Shown piece by piece: positions 52,204 through 64,000 of a stretch of DNA of 64,000 bases. The translations under genes and the position numbers were made by a program. Within the stretch, counting starts at the first letter, position 1, and each line of letters starts with the position of its first letter. Source of the stretch: Chrysomallon squamiferum. Its lineage: Eukaryota; Animalia; Mollusca. The stretch covers positions 26,536,001-26,600,000 of the forward strand of contig CM022673.1 of the NCBI GenBank assembly GCA_012295275.1, read 5' to 3'. The notes beneath the pieces are model-generated. The model saw only the letters and a program-made list of their open reading frames with translations. It was not told where the DNA came from and did not search any database.

Positions 52204-54035
52204 TAATAATAATAATGTTCTTGACAAAATAAATAAAATAAAATAAAATAAAATAAATAAAATAAAATTTTGACAAAAAAATAAATAAAATAAAATAAAA
52301 TATAATAAATTAAATAATAATAAAATTAACATTTGCCAGCTAATAATGGATTTAAATAATGTTATCATTAAAGTTTCACATCATTCAAAATAACCCGAGT
52401 TTCATGATAATTTGTCACGTTATATCTACACTTTCAGTACAATAACAACACGTGCACAACGTGTTCCCAAACTAAAATTCTGTTGCACGTGCAAATAGTT
52501 ACACTTAACAGACAACGAGGTCGCTAGCAGGGGTCTAAAAGATCTTTAAATATCTCTAACAACGGTATGATTTTATTCTCTGTAGTCTTGTCAAATAACA
52601 ATGATGATGATTATGATGATTAAGATGATAATGATTATGATTTTGATTATGATGCCGACGATGATGATGATGATGATGATAATAATAATAATAAAAAAAA
52701 TATTAATATGATTAATTGATTATTTTCGTTTTTAACGATATTAATACAAAAACAGTTGAATAATAATAATAAAAAAACTAAATTTTTCTTCATTAAGTTG
52801 TACAACGTATTCGAATCGCTGAATCTGAATAAATCTTACTGACCTTGACCTTGTACTCAGATCTCAAAAGTCGCTAACCTGTACTTTTCATCATCTGTAT
52901 TTAGAATTTCCAAAAAAAAAAAAAACCACATTGCCGAACAAATGTTATTGTCATTTTCAAAACACTTTACCACTGATGTGATTTACAGAAACTTCTCACA
53001 AAAATAGAAATTCTCTTTTTCATGGAACAGTGTGTAAAAAGAAAAAAATAGACTGGAATTAGCATCTCATTAGTCTCATCCTGTGTAATAGAGAAAGGAA
53101 ATGATTTCACTAGCAGAAGTATTAACAAATGTGTACTTTAAAGACACTGCTTCTGCTGTCTTTTTTTTTAATTGTTTTTTTAAACCCAGTTAACTATAAC
53201 ACTGACAATAATAAACCAGATTAAAGGATTTTGAATAAGCTACGTACAATTAAATATTAGAAACACCCTATACACACACCCGCACACACACACACACACG
53301 CACACACACCCACGTTAGAAAATAAGATTTTATAAATAAATATTATGTTCCACTTCCACAGATACCAGTCTATTTATCCGGTTTCCTGGAAGAAAGCTTT
53401 ATAAAATTAAAATATAAAACGAACAATGAAAAATAAAGAACAAAGCAATATTTAAAGAATATAAATTAATACATTTCTAAAGCCAATTTTCTAGAAGACG
53501 GATAAATACTTTGATATCAGTAGGTAATTATGTCAAAGTTTAATAGAGGGATGAAATGAGATTTAGTATTATAGTTTAACAACAAAGATTTCTTTTAAAC
53601 TGATTTAAATGAATTTATTATAAAAGCCACGGTTATATATGATTTTATATGAACAGGAAAAAGAAATGTTAATAGAAATTAAATAAAATGGTAGCAAAAA
53701 TCGACGAGCTTTAAATAGTTAAAAGGACAATAATATAACTAGACATATAACTGAAGGAGAACAATACTTTACCTTTTTATTTTTTATACGAACTATAAAC
53801 CTGAACCTAACACTATTAAAATAAACTTTTATTAGCGAAAAAATGATCGACAGGAAGGTTTTGATGGTTTCGCGTATTTCAGAGAAAGCGCAGACGACAC
53901 AGAAAAGGAGATATCGTATTTTCTATACGCATTATTTGTTTTGTCAACACGTCTCAGGATATACGAGAAAAAAATGTCACGTACACGTATCCGATTTTAA
54001 GCAATGAAATTAGCAATAAAAACAGTCTGAAGTAA

Positions 54036-54089
54036 TCACGTGTTTGGACGAGTTTTGACGAGTAGAAGGATCGGTCTCGGTCACGTGAC
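54036..54089. promoter_or_regulatory. E-box cluster including perfect GTCACGTGAC palindrome; candidate promoter of the downstream gene
   Basis: TCACGTG at 54036-54042 and GTCACGTGAC at 54080-54089 in a CpG-rich patch; possible donor gtcagt at 54235. Confidence 0.4.
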
Positions 54090-55718
54090 AGCTAGCCTAT
54101 TTCCATTTAAGGCACTGTTTATTTTATTTTTTAAATATATATATTAGTAGCAAGAAGATGACTGGAGGAACCCTGTGATAGCTGTGTTGTTTTATGTTTG
54201 TTGTTTACACTGGGAATTAAAACAGTGAAAGTCGGTCAGTTAACTTTGTGGTCCTGACTGACAGATTTTGTGAAGTTCTGTCGACATACGAAGCTTTGTG
54301 AAACATACTTCTTAAAATTATTTTATTCTGTTTTACATTTCTTGTCCAAAAAATATTCAAATATTTTCCCCTGCTTTGAAAAATTACTAGCTTAATTAAA
54401 TATTTATGTTTAATATGCAGTCCCATCCATAAAAAATACAACAAAATCCTTAACATCAAAGCAACGACGACAGCATGCATATACACACAACAATACTAAA
54501 ACAACAACCACAACAACAACAACTAAAAAACTTCTCTCTGTCTGTTCATGAATTTTTTTTTTGCTGTTTTTATTAAGTCTTATGGCGCGGTTGCAGTGAT
54601 TTCCGTTATTACAGTCAGTATTTGAGCTTGTTCTTTAAACTCTTTGATCAAATCGTATTTTAACGATTCTTTAATCGACGTCTTGGCTTTTATTATTTTT
54701 TATTTTTTTTATAGATATTTCCCCCCCCCCCCGTTTAAAGCTGGCAGTCATCACTGACTATCACTTTGATACAGTTTCACTCGTAAACAAGTAGAAATAT
54801 TACCGTTTGCAAAATGTCGAGATCAACGTGCGATTTGATTGATTTTGTGCCATCTATTCCACTTAGTAATTCGTTTGAACTCTTCCAAAGTGGTCCTCTT
54901 TTTCTCTCGAGCGCTTCTAATGACAGCAAAGCGAAGGATCTTCAACTAAACAATAACCGCGACTTTCTCATTTTGGCTATGGAAAAATCATCGTGCAAGA
55001 GTGAATAAGTCGTTCGTAAAGTCAGCACATCTGTCATTTTCTTTTTTCTTAATCAGTATGTCTGTCGAGATTTTTAAAAAATATTTTTTTTTTTTTTTTT
55101 TTTTACGTTTTTTCCTGCACGGTCGAAGCCTCGGATAATTATGAAATATTAATGGATTTCTGATGCCTTTATTTAATGTAACTTTATCCCGTTCGAGCGA
55201 CATTATTCGGTGAACAAAAGTAAAATTTTACAGAAATTAACGACTGTTTCCTGTGATAGTGTAGAAGAATACAAAAGAGACAGTTTGATAAATATAACAA
55301 TTAATCATGTTGTTAGAAGAGTCCGCGTTTATTTGAGAACAAGAAGAAGAGGAAAGGTTAAAACAAAATACAACAAATACACAACAATATCAACAACAAA
55401 TAAATAAATAATAAATAAACAACGAGATCCATGATTTTTCTGTGTTGTCAGCAATTACTGCTGCTTTACAGTCATTGCTTATACCACCACTACGTCAAAC
55501 ACGTCTACTACTATCACTACGACCACGACCATCACTGAAATTAGTGTTACAACCACCATCATCGCCACAGTTATAACAATACTAACTACTGCTCCTACAA
55601 CCCCTACTACTTCAACTACTACTACTCCTCTCCTATTGTTACATTATGTTAAATTAATTTTCCTTTCATTTTTTTTTTTTTTTTTTCAGACTTCTCGTTT
55701 CTCGCAGTATTTGGTGTG

Positions 55719-56857
55719 ATGCTCCTGTCACGATTTCGGTCTACTAGAAGATGTATTTTCGGATTTCTGTTCATTGGACTTGCACTTCTTGGTTGCTGTT
55801 TCCTAACCATTCATAGCGGCCAAGTCTTCTTCTCCAGACGTCACGTCACTAACAGTCAGGTATATGCACACACACCACATTATTATAAATAAAAACATAT
55901 GAAAGGGAACGAACTGCCGCCATTCCATTAACATCAGAAGAACATTCTATTTTCACCTACTCTTAGGTCATGGAAATGCGGGATGAAAGGGAAATTGTCC
56001 ACAAACCCATAAACTCTAACAAATTACTATCCGCAAAAATGAAGACAAAAATTAGTGAGACGCAAAACTACATCTGAACATTTCTATATATTAATTAGAT
56101 CCTTTGCTTTCAGGATAAACTGATTCATGCAGTATTAACATTTCCGTTACTGACGGACCCTAACTTTAACGCTGAAAGTTACCGACATTTGAATTACAAA
56201 GAAAGAGAGCAGAGAATGGAGGAATATTTGACGAGTCTTCGGAAAACTCTCGCGCATCCTCGAATCGGCCATGTCCACTGTTTGTATGACCAAAACCAAT
56301 GGTGGAACACGTTGAAAAGATCATCTCCGGTAACAACAAACTGAAATTCCACTTTGTCAAACAGACAAACGTCGCTGCATCTTTGTTTCAGTTTGTCTTT
56401 AAAGGAGTTGTCCGATCGCTTAGTGATGGTGCTACAAGCCGACACGTATCCTGCTCAAGGCTTTCATCAGATCGAGACTAACGCAATGAAGAAGAAGAGA
56501 TTATTTTACGCTTTGACGAGACACGGTAAAATGGAGGACGCATGCGACATGAACGGCGACTTCTGCGACGTGTCACAGTACGTCGGATCGCACGACGCTT
56601 ACATCTTCGTCCCCAGCGGAGCCTTGTCCGCCAGACATGTCGGTATACTGAATCAGAGCGTCACATCGTGGGGTGTGGATCTGGTGATCGCCTGGTTGTT
56701 TCAAGACATGGGCTACACTGTTCTCAACCCGTGCAAAGTGATTTTCGTTTATCACATACACTGCTCGTCTGTTCGTTCTAACGACAGGAAGAGAGTGAAC
56801 ACGCGCAATACGACAGGCTGGTTTCCTACCAACCGCTCGACTGACCTAAACAAATAA
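55719..56857 (+). CDS. Uncharacterised type II membrane, glycosyltransferase-like protein (about 294 aa if corrected); two compensating frameshifts, so pseudogene or assembly error
   Basis: Exon 55719-55859 MLLSRFRSTRRCIFGFLFIGLALLGCCFLTIHSG (basic tail + TM). Exon 56114-56857 ...EEYLTSLRKTLAHPRIGHVHCLYDQ / PMVEHVEK...LFQFVF / KELSDRLVMVLQADTYP..GF...YALTRHG...GSHDAYIF...NPCKVIFVYHIHCS; frame shifts near 56293 and 56401. Confidence 0.7.
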
Positions 56858-58746
56858 GTTTATTATTAAATGTTTGTTATTTGTTGTTGTTGTTTTGTTT
56901 TCTTTTTCATTTCTTTATTCTTTATTATTATTATTATTATTATTATGTTTTCTATAAAACAAAACTAAAGAAAAGAGATTATTTTAATTACTTCTGTCAA
57001 CTGATCGCGTGAATGTTGGTTGGCGTTATAGTTAGCCAGTACAATAGGGGAGACAACTCTTAAACCTCTGAAAAACAAGAATTTATACAAAGGATTGTTT
57101 CCCATTTACGAGAAAAGTAATCCAGTAACAGATTAAATTGACGTTTATGATTTCTATTAAATTATTTATTACTTCTTTAAAATTGAGGTTATTTGTTTTG
57201 TTTTTTAATTGTTTTAAATGAATGTGAAATGATCCAAATATTAACACAAATTATTCCTATTCTTTTTGGCTTTAGTGCTTCATTTTACACAGGCCAAACT
57301 GACAAACATTAAATGTGAAGGATACAGACAAAAGCAAAAAATTAAAATCAATTTTTTTTAAAATGAAACAAACCTTTGGTAAAATAGCCACATCCTTAAA
57401 TTTGTTTATTATTTTTATTAATACAATTACTAAATTGTTTTGAAATATAAAAAGCAGCACGTTAAAGCCAACTTGTCATTTCATTAATATTTTTTTACAA
57501 TTCAGTTACATAATTTTTTTAATTTTAAATTTAAGTTGATTAGACACATTTCAACTTCCACTGTTTAGTCAATAAATTACTATAATTAATTTTCAAAATT
57601 ATATTATTTTTATTATTATTAATATTTTAGTTTTTTAATTTTGTTTTGTAGTTTTGTGCAACATTTACTTATTCTGGTAACCATGCTTTGTGCAGTGCCA
57701 CATTGTTCCTCTTTGTTTGAAAATAAACAAATGAGATTTGGCCAGATCATGAAGTTTCATAACTGACAGTTGGGATCAAATATTTTCTTCCACAGGGCAA
57801 GGTCCAGTTTAAAGGCCTGACCAAATATATCATTCATTCACCTGCATTTGCACAATCAATAAAACTGAACGGAGATAATTAAATAACAAAAAATCTGATA
57901 GATTTCCAAAATGGCATTTTATTTCATATCTACATAATCTATCACTTTACAGGTATTAAATTATCTTTTTCGTTATATATATAAATATGTATTTCTCTCC
58001 ACATTCTTGCCATCATTCTTTTTACAAACATTCACTGTATTAAAAACCTTACATTCAAACAAACAAACAAACAAACCACGCAAAAAACGAAACAGCAAAG
58101 TATCATATATCAGTAATACAAACAAAATGAGCATTTATACACAAGTCAGCACCATAAAAAGTCCGTTTTTCTTTTTGTCCTTGCATCACCCTCCGTAAAT
58201 GTTTTAAAATGCATAAAACAACCATGAAAAATGCAAGGTTCCTACTTAATTTTTTTAAAACCTAAAATAATCTTTAAAAACATTTATTAAATCGCACACA
58301 GGTTGTTATTGCATTTCATTGTTTTTTTAATGTGACTTAACACCTTTTTTTCACTGCACATATTAAAGACATGTTAAAATTCAGACAAACAAGAAAAACA
58401 GATAAATAAGATAAAATGAAATAAAACTTACATAAGATTAATTAAATAGACAGAGCTTTGAATTTGATTCAACACATATGAATGAAGGAACCCTGATTTT
58501 TCATGTTGAAAGTTTTAAATAAATCACTGAATCCTGAAATCATTTAAACATTCACCACACACAATCAATATGATCATAACACTGAGCAGTGAAATTAAAT
58601 ATCTTTGGCAATTTGTTTACAATCTTCATTATACATACATTTTTTTGTAATTTGTTTAGAAACTTTTGTTTTATATATTTTGGTCAAAACAGTTAACCAC
58701 CACCAAGACAAGACAGAGTATTTTGAAATTCTGATCAACTAAACCA

Positions 58747-58782
<36 letters not shown>

Positions 58783-59206
58783 CCAATTTAGGAAGCAAAA
58801 CTACTGCTAATCCATATGTTTACATTATGCTAAAACAATCTGAAAACTATCATGTTTTCTCTGAAACAAACATTTCCCTGATTCAGTAACAATTTCTTTT
58901 ATTGCACGGTGACTGAAAAAAAAAAAAAAAAAAAAAAAAAAGAAAAGAAGTAGCCCTTGATGTTTTAAGATGAAAAGCATTTTTGTTTTTTTTATGTACA
59001 GTAAATATTTCACCACTACTGAGCAAGACCTGAAGACCCAAACCCAATTGTGCTTAACGTAATGAAAAGTGTAAGATGTGTGTAATGGAAACAGTTTGGC
59101 ATGACTTTCGATGTGCTTGCATGAGTTCAAACACACAACAAGTTCAAAGCTGAGTGATCTTTGAGAGGTTTTATCATGAGATCCATTCCTTCTCCAACAC
59201 TACACT

Positions 59207-59242
59207 TCAATCATCTTTCATTTTCGATTTGTCCACATCGTA
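59207..59242 (-). CDS. INSIG: INSIG terminal coding exon ([11 protein letters not shown])
   Basis: ttttatttcag acceptor, phase 0, TGA. Confidence 0.8.
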   Translation of the reverse strand, partial: YDVDKSKMKDD

Positions 59243-59392
59243 CTGAAATAAAAGACATGGAAATACAGTGTCACGAAAATGTATTTGGTTTAGTACAGTT
59301 GTATATAAATACAGTTATTAAAAATACTGCTATAGTGTTTATTAAATACTCCTCCTATTTTGTTTTTATGCTAACTATAATTTATTTATTTA

Positions 59393-59428
<36 letters not shown>

Positions 59429-61775
59429 TATACACACACTCACACACACACAAATACATCAACATTCCATACACATATTAAAAAAATTGCCAGTGTTTCT
59501 TAAATATTCCTCATATTTCATTTTTGTGGTAAATATACATATTTTTGTTGTTTCTGCCTTCAGAAAATCATAAACATTATTTATATAAAACTCACTTTTC
59601 TTAATTTTAAGTAATATGCAAACAGATATTTAAAAGAATTTGATTTACTTTCATTAATTTCAACATTCAAATGTAAATAAAAGCATAATTAGTTTATAAA
59701 AGAATTAGTAAAAACATTTTTGATTGCTAGACATAAAAAGTTCAAGTCTGTTTCACACAGACAAGGAAATCACCCCCTCCAGTGTTTTAATAAATAATTT
59801 TAAAAAATTAAACAAGAAAAAGGTGATTCTAAAAATAGTACCGTAGCCAGTTGCCGTCCAATATTTCCCATAGTCACACCTCCAGAGAAAAAGATACAAG
59901 GAAGCCAGGATCGCACAAAGAGGAAGTCTGGTTCAGTATATCTTTAATTAAAAAAAAAGTATTAAATAACTATTTAAATATAAAATATTTAACTTAAAAT
60001 TTTAAAAATTTTATAAATAAAAATTCAATAATTAGAATAATAATTAAAAAAAAGGGTTTACCGATACATTTTTTTCTCACATCCACAGTAAAAGTAAAAA
60101 ACTTCAACATTTTCTATGCATCATTCTTAAACTCGTAATAACAAAAATATACATTTTATATACTATTCAACGACTTGCCAATATCGCAACAGTATTTATT
60201 TACTTACTAAATTTTTTTTTTTTTTAAATGATCTAACAAAACTGATGTTACCTATAAACTCCGTTGTAAACGAGAAGCTGGGTGACGAATGTTGCAAGCA
60301 CGGCTATTCCCACTCCGAGGCCAAAGCCACTGCGAGACCGGTCAAACAGCCACCACAGGCCGATGGACATGGCCGCCAGGGACAGAGAGAGCTGCATGTT
60401 ATTGGCAAAGTCTATTTTGGCACTGGCATGGTTGATTCCTACGAAAACGGCCACACATCGCATCACGCCCGACCACTCCCTCTTGTAGTAGTGAGACTCT
60501 CCCAGGGTGCGGTCCAGATAGGGGTACAACAAACCGATGATTGCTGTGACGAAGAAGAAATAAAACCATAAACGCACGATGTAAACAAGAAATTATAATG
60601 TATCTCTGTAATGTTATGCCAGAGAAAAAAATACACTTAACAGTCCACTGTCAGTGAACTATGGGAACTGAAAAATAAGTGATGTTTCTGACTTTCTGGA
60701 ATTTTCTGTTGTTTCTGGAATTTTTAAATTTATTTTTAATCCAAAAATTAGATGAATTGTGTATATTTTCTTATTTTTATATAGCCGTTCTCCCACTTAT
60801 ACAACACAAACATGATGTTAATATTTCATCAGAACATGAACTCTACATGTAAATCACAGTGTGCTGTTTTTGTCGTGTACAGTATTCAGATGACAAATTA
60901 ATTAGACAAACATTAAGCTTATCACTGTATGTAATTAAGACTTTTTCTTTATTATTTATGTAATGTGCAGTTTACTTAATTACATTTTCGTGTTATTAAA
61001 AGTGCTTTTAATACACATTTGTTACTACAAACATAAAAAGGAAAAAAAAAAAAATGAAATAACAAGTTTATCTGTCATCTGTTGCAGAAAATGTTAATCT
61101 AGATGCTGTTACTTTTATTGCTAAACCATCTGACAACATACCACACACATGCTTATCTTAAAGTTTTCATTTTGAATAAATGAATAATGACCCTGGTTCT
61201 TGCAGAATCAGTTTTTTTTTTTTAATTTATGTTTCATAATAAAAATAAAAGTATCACTGAACATTCATCATTATTCAAATGTAGGAAATTGCAACATCAC
61301 TCAATTATTTCAATAACAAAAATGTGCTTTAGTCTTTTTTTTTATCTTTTTTTTTTTTTATGTTTGATAATAATAATAATAATAAGAGGTATCACAGAAG
61401 ATTTATTATTATTCTCATATAGGAAACTGATACATCACCACACAATTCTTTGATTAAAAAAAAATATAAAAATTTAAAGAAATAAATATGCTTGGGTCTT
61501 TTAGACCTAGAGTGAACCCTGGAGGATCAAAAATAATTTTAAAAATACTTAAATATCAAAAATAAATCAGGAAATGTAAATTTGTAAAACAAACCTGATG
61601 CTGTGCCACAGCTGGGGGCCACCCACCATGCTGATGAAAAAAGACTGGCAAGAACTTCAGGTGGGAACACCGTAACTTGTCTCTGTACTTGCAAAAGATT
61701 TAAAACTAGAGCAAAGAAAACACCCACAGTGAACAACACAACCCCTCGCATCACCAGAAAAGACGACGATGCCAT
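59207..61775 (-). CDS. INSIG: Insulin-induced gene protein (INSIG), 202 aa, four coding exons
   Basis: Exons 61775-61595, 60543-60252, 59941-59842, 59242-59207; RGVVLF...[18 protein letters not shown]...[72 protein letters not shown]. Confidence 0.96.
59842..59941 (-). CDS. INSIG: INSIG coding exon 3
   Basis: AAG acceptor / gtacta, 100 nt, [15 protein letters not shown]. Confidence 0.93.
60252..60543 (-). CDS. INSIG: INSIG coding exon 2
   Basis: cgtcacag / gtaaca, 292 nt. Confidence 0.95.
61595..61775 (-). CDS. INSIG: INSIG coding exon 1
   Basis: Acceptor at 61792-61791, ATG 61775, donor gtttgt. Confidence 0.93.
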
Positions 61776-62802
61776 CTTCAATTACTTCACCTAGAAAAAA
61801 AAATTAAAAATGATTTTTATATATACATACATATATATATACACACATACACATACATATTAAATAAATCACACCTAAAGAAACCTAAAAAAGAAAAAAA
61901 AATCTTGAATGTTAATTTAAATAAATATGCGAGGGGTTGTATATATATATAGTGTGTGTGTGTGTCTGTGTCTTTTGTTTGTTTTAGACGGGGTTTTTTC
62001 TTGTAGTATTTTTTTTTTTTTTTTTTTAACTTTTTGGGGAAATGAATGTACTTTGTTCATATTCTATTATTCACATTTTTTTCAGAACCAGTACCTGCAA
62101 ATATTATTTCTACAAACAATTCGTAATCAAAGAATTTTATTTGTTTTTATTTTTTTTTTTTCTTAAATCTGAGAATGTCAAAAGAAAGAATTGGGGACAT
62201 TTCTCACATTTGGATACTCTCAAAGTGCAAGATATTTCTTTAGCCTTTTGTTTAACTAATTTGTTATTACATCGTAACAAAGATTTTAACTGTTCAACTT
62301 CAAGTATTGATTTTTCATGTTATGACTGTCTAAAATAAATAAATGCATTAAAATAAAAACCGTTTTCAGTGAAAAACACTACAAGAAACATACAGTTTTG
62401 TTTTTCCGTCTTTTGTAGCCAATCTGTAGTGTTTAGATTTTAAAACTTTTTTCTTTTCCCATTATTATAGTAATCCTCAATATGTCAAATATCTATTTCT
62501 GACCAAAATATTAAAAACAACAAAAATCAAACAAAAACCCCACAGAATTCAATTAAACTAACCGAAAATAAAATTTAAACAGATATGTTTTTAAAACTGT
62601 AAATCAAAACTCCTCTGTGTACTAACACTAAGTGAAAAACAATCAGTTGAATATTTTTGACAAAATAACAGTATCAGGTTGATGATCAATTTGATCAGCT
62701 GAGCCTGGTGTCACCGAAAGAAAGATTAGAATAGTTAGTTACTATATTACATTACAACCTATACTCACTAGATTAAAAATAAAACTGATAAAAATTACGT
62801 AC

Positions 62803-62880
62803 CTGTCTTCACCAGTTTCAGTCTGATAATGGAAGACGGGTTATTTATAACAGTAAATCTGCTGGCATACAAACAACCAA
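62803..62880 (-). other. Probable non-coding first exon of INSIG
   Basis: CAG/GTACGT donor at 62802 next to the promoter; the 5' end is approximate. Confidence 0.5.
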
Positions 62881-62885
62881 GGATA

Positions 62886-63167
62886 ATCGCACCATCTTAC
62901 TCGGCTGATAGATTTCAACCAATCAGTTTTTAACATTCAATCACGTGTATTCTCCCGCGTCAGTCCCATGAATGGGTCAGTCACAGACATTTAGGTCGGA
63001 TCCTCGAAAATGCACATCCAGGTTAACACACCAACCAATCAGAAATTGCATATATCTCGCACCATGTTAAAATTATGTCGGTTACGAAGGTCAAAATTTT
63101 ATATATACTTCCGGGTTATGGCGTTACAACTTCCGTAAAATCATGTGATAGTTACTACAAAATGGCC
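62886..63167. promoter_or_regulatory. Bidirectional promoter (INSIG / probable CCDC93)
   Basis: CpG-rich; AACCAATCAG twice (62917, 63033), TCGCACCAT twice (62887, 63057), ATCACGTG (62940), ETS ACTTCCG(G/T) (63107, 63129), YY1-like AAAATGGC over the ATG. Confidence 0.75.
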
Positions 63168-63251
63168 TCTTCCAGTATTTTTGCAGGCCGTCCAAGAGCA
63201 CCATCAGCAAAATTTCCAACACAAATAGACGCTGATGGTAGAGAAGTTGAG
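63162..63251 (+). CDS. CCDC93: First coding exon of probable CCDC93 (Commander/CCC subunit); continues beyond the window
   Basis: AAAATGG start, MASSSIFAGRPRAPSAKFPTQIDADGREVE, phase-0 GAG/gtaaaa donor. IDADGRE resembles the recalled N-terminus of invertebrate CCDC93 just before VETREDEEQ, and the gene is head-to-head with INSIG as in human. Confidence 0.55.
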
Positions 63252-63403
63252 GTAAAACATTACAATAACAAGAAAAAACATTATCAGATAATAATCATTA
63301 AATCGTCTTCTGTTTTATCCTATTTTGTCTAAGAAATGACACTAGTCTCTGAAATGCCCCTCCCATTCTCGATTACATATTCATTAAATTTACTACAGCA
63401 TTA

Positions 63404-63453
<50 letters not shown>

Positions 63454-64000
63454 CATTTATTCATTTATAATTTTTGTCACATAAAATGATAGATGACAGA
63501 TGGCAGATCTCAGTCCAGAATCCTAAATAATAACATTAATTATTATAAATGAAACATAGCACTTCTCTCAATAATTAAATATTACAAATACGAAACAACA
63601 AGTGATAACTCACCCGAAAAGGACACTAATCAAACTTATAAGCACAGGGCTTAATTAGTTTTCATTCAGTATAGCCAAATAATATTTAAAGCATTTATAA
63701 AAATACAAAATGATGTAAAACAGTTGGCTTGCGATCATCCCAGCCAGTGCATTATGAGAAGTACTTAAAATGACATATACTATATCATTTTAGCAGCAGT
63801 GTATTAAGTTTAATTATAATACAAAAAGAATTACTAATAAACTGATCAATTATTCAGAATAATTTTTTATTTATTTTTGATCAGAGTTCTCATACATCAT
63901 TTTCATTCCGTGAGGAATCATCATCAAAGTTATTAGGCTGAGGGCTATATATATTTTGAATGATTTTTGTATCTGCAGTAATCAGAGATTTATTTTATGA

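Noticed and set aside
55431-55630. Short His/Tyr-rich ORF (MIFLCC...HDHH*) and Thr-rich mucin-like frame
   Set aside because: Degenerate ACT/ACC microsatellite just upstream of the 55690 acceptor; no convincing signal peptide, promoter or splice support.
56288-56405. Programmed ribosomal frameshifting at CCAAAAC and TTTAAAG
   Set aside because: The first site is not a canonical X XXY YYZ heptamer; at TTTAAAG the required shift is +1, opposite to the -1 slippery register.

Overview
AT-rich, microsatellite-dense eukaryotic (animal) DNA with GT-AG introns. It is most likely a gastropod mollusc; this is inferred from the GPCR subfamily, an INSIG gene, mosaic CpG depletion and SINE-like fragments. 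From left to right: (1) the 3' 17 coding exons of a Yurt/EPB41L5-type FERM gene (+, 895-19246, ends ...LTTEL), probably with a multi-kb 3' UTR to about 26 kb that contains a Tigger/pogo-like element. (2) A small two-exon gene missed by the ORF track (-, 28174-28141 joined to 27399-27236) encoding a signal peptide plus a 45-aa mature peptide that is 60% His with 6 Cys; it has a TATA box, Inr and poly(A) signal and is the most novel item. (3) A single-coding-exon orphan class A GPCR of the FMRFamide-receptor-like group (-, 30924-32033), followed by about 22 kb of non-coding DNA with MITEs, SINE remnants and minisatellites. (4) A type II membrane, glycosyltransferase-like gene with two compensating frameshifts (+, 55719-56857). 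(5) A complete INSIG gene (-, 59207-61775). (6) A compact bidirectional promoter with SRE/E-box plus CCAAT modules, shared with the first exon of a probable CCDC93 (+, 63162-63251), matching the human 2q14 head-to-head pair. Exon coordinates were worked out by hand; homology calls come from recalled family motifs, not from database searches.
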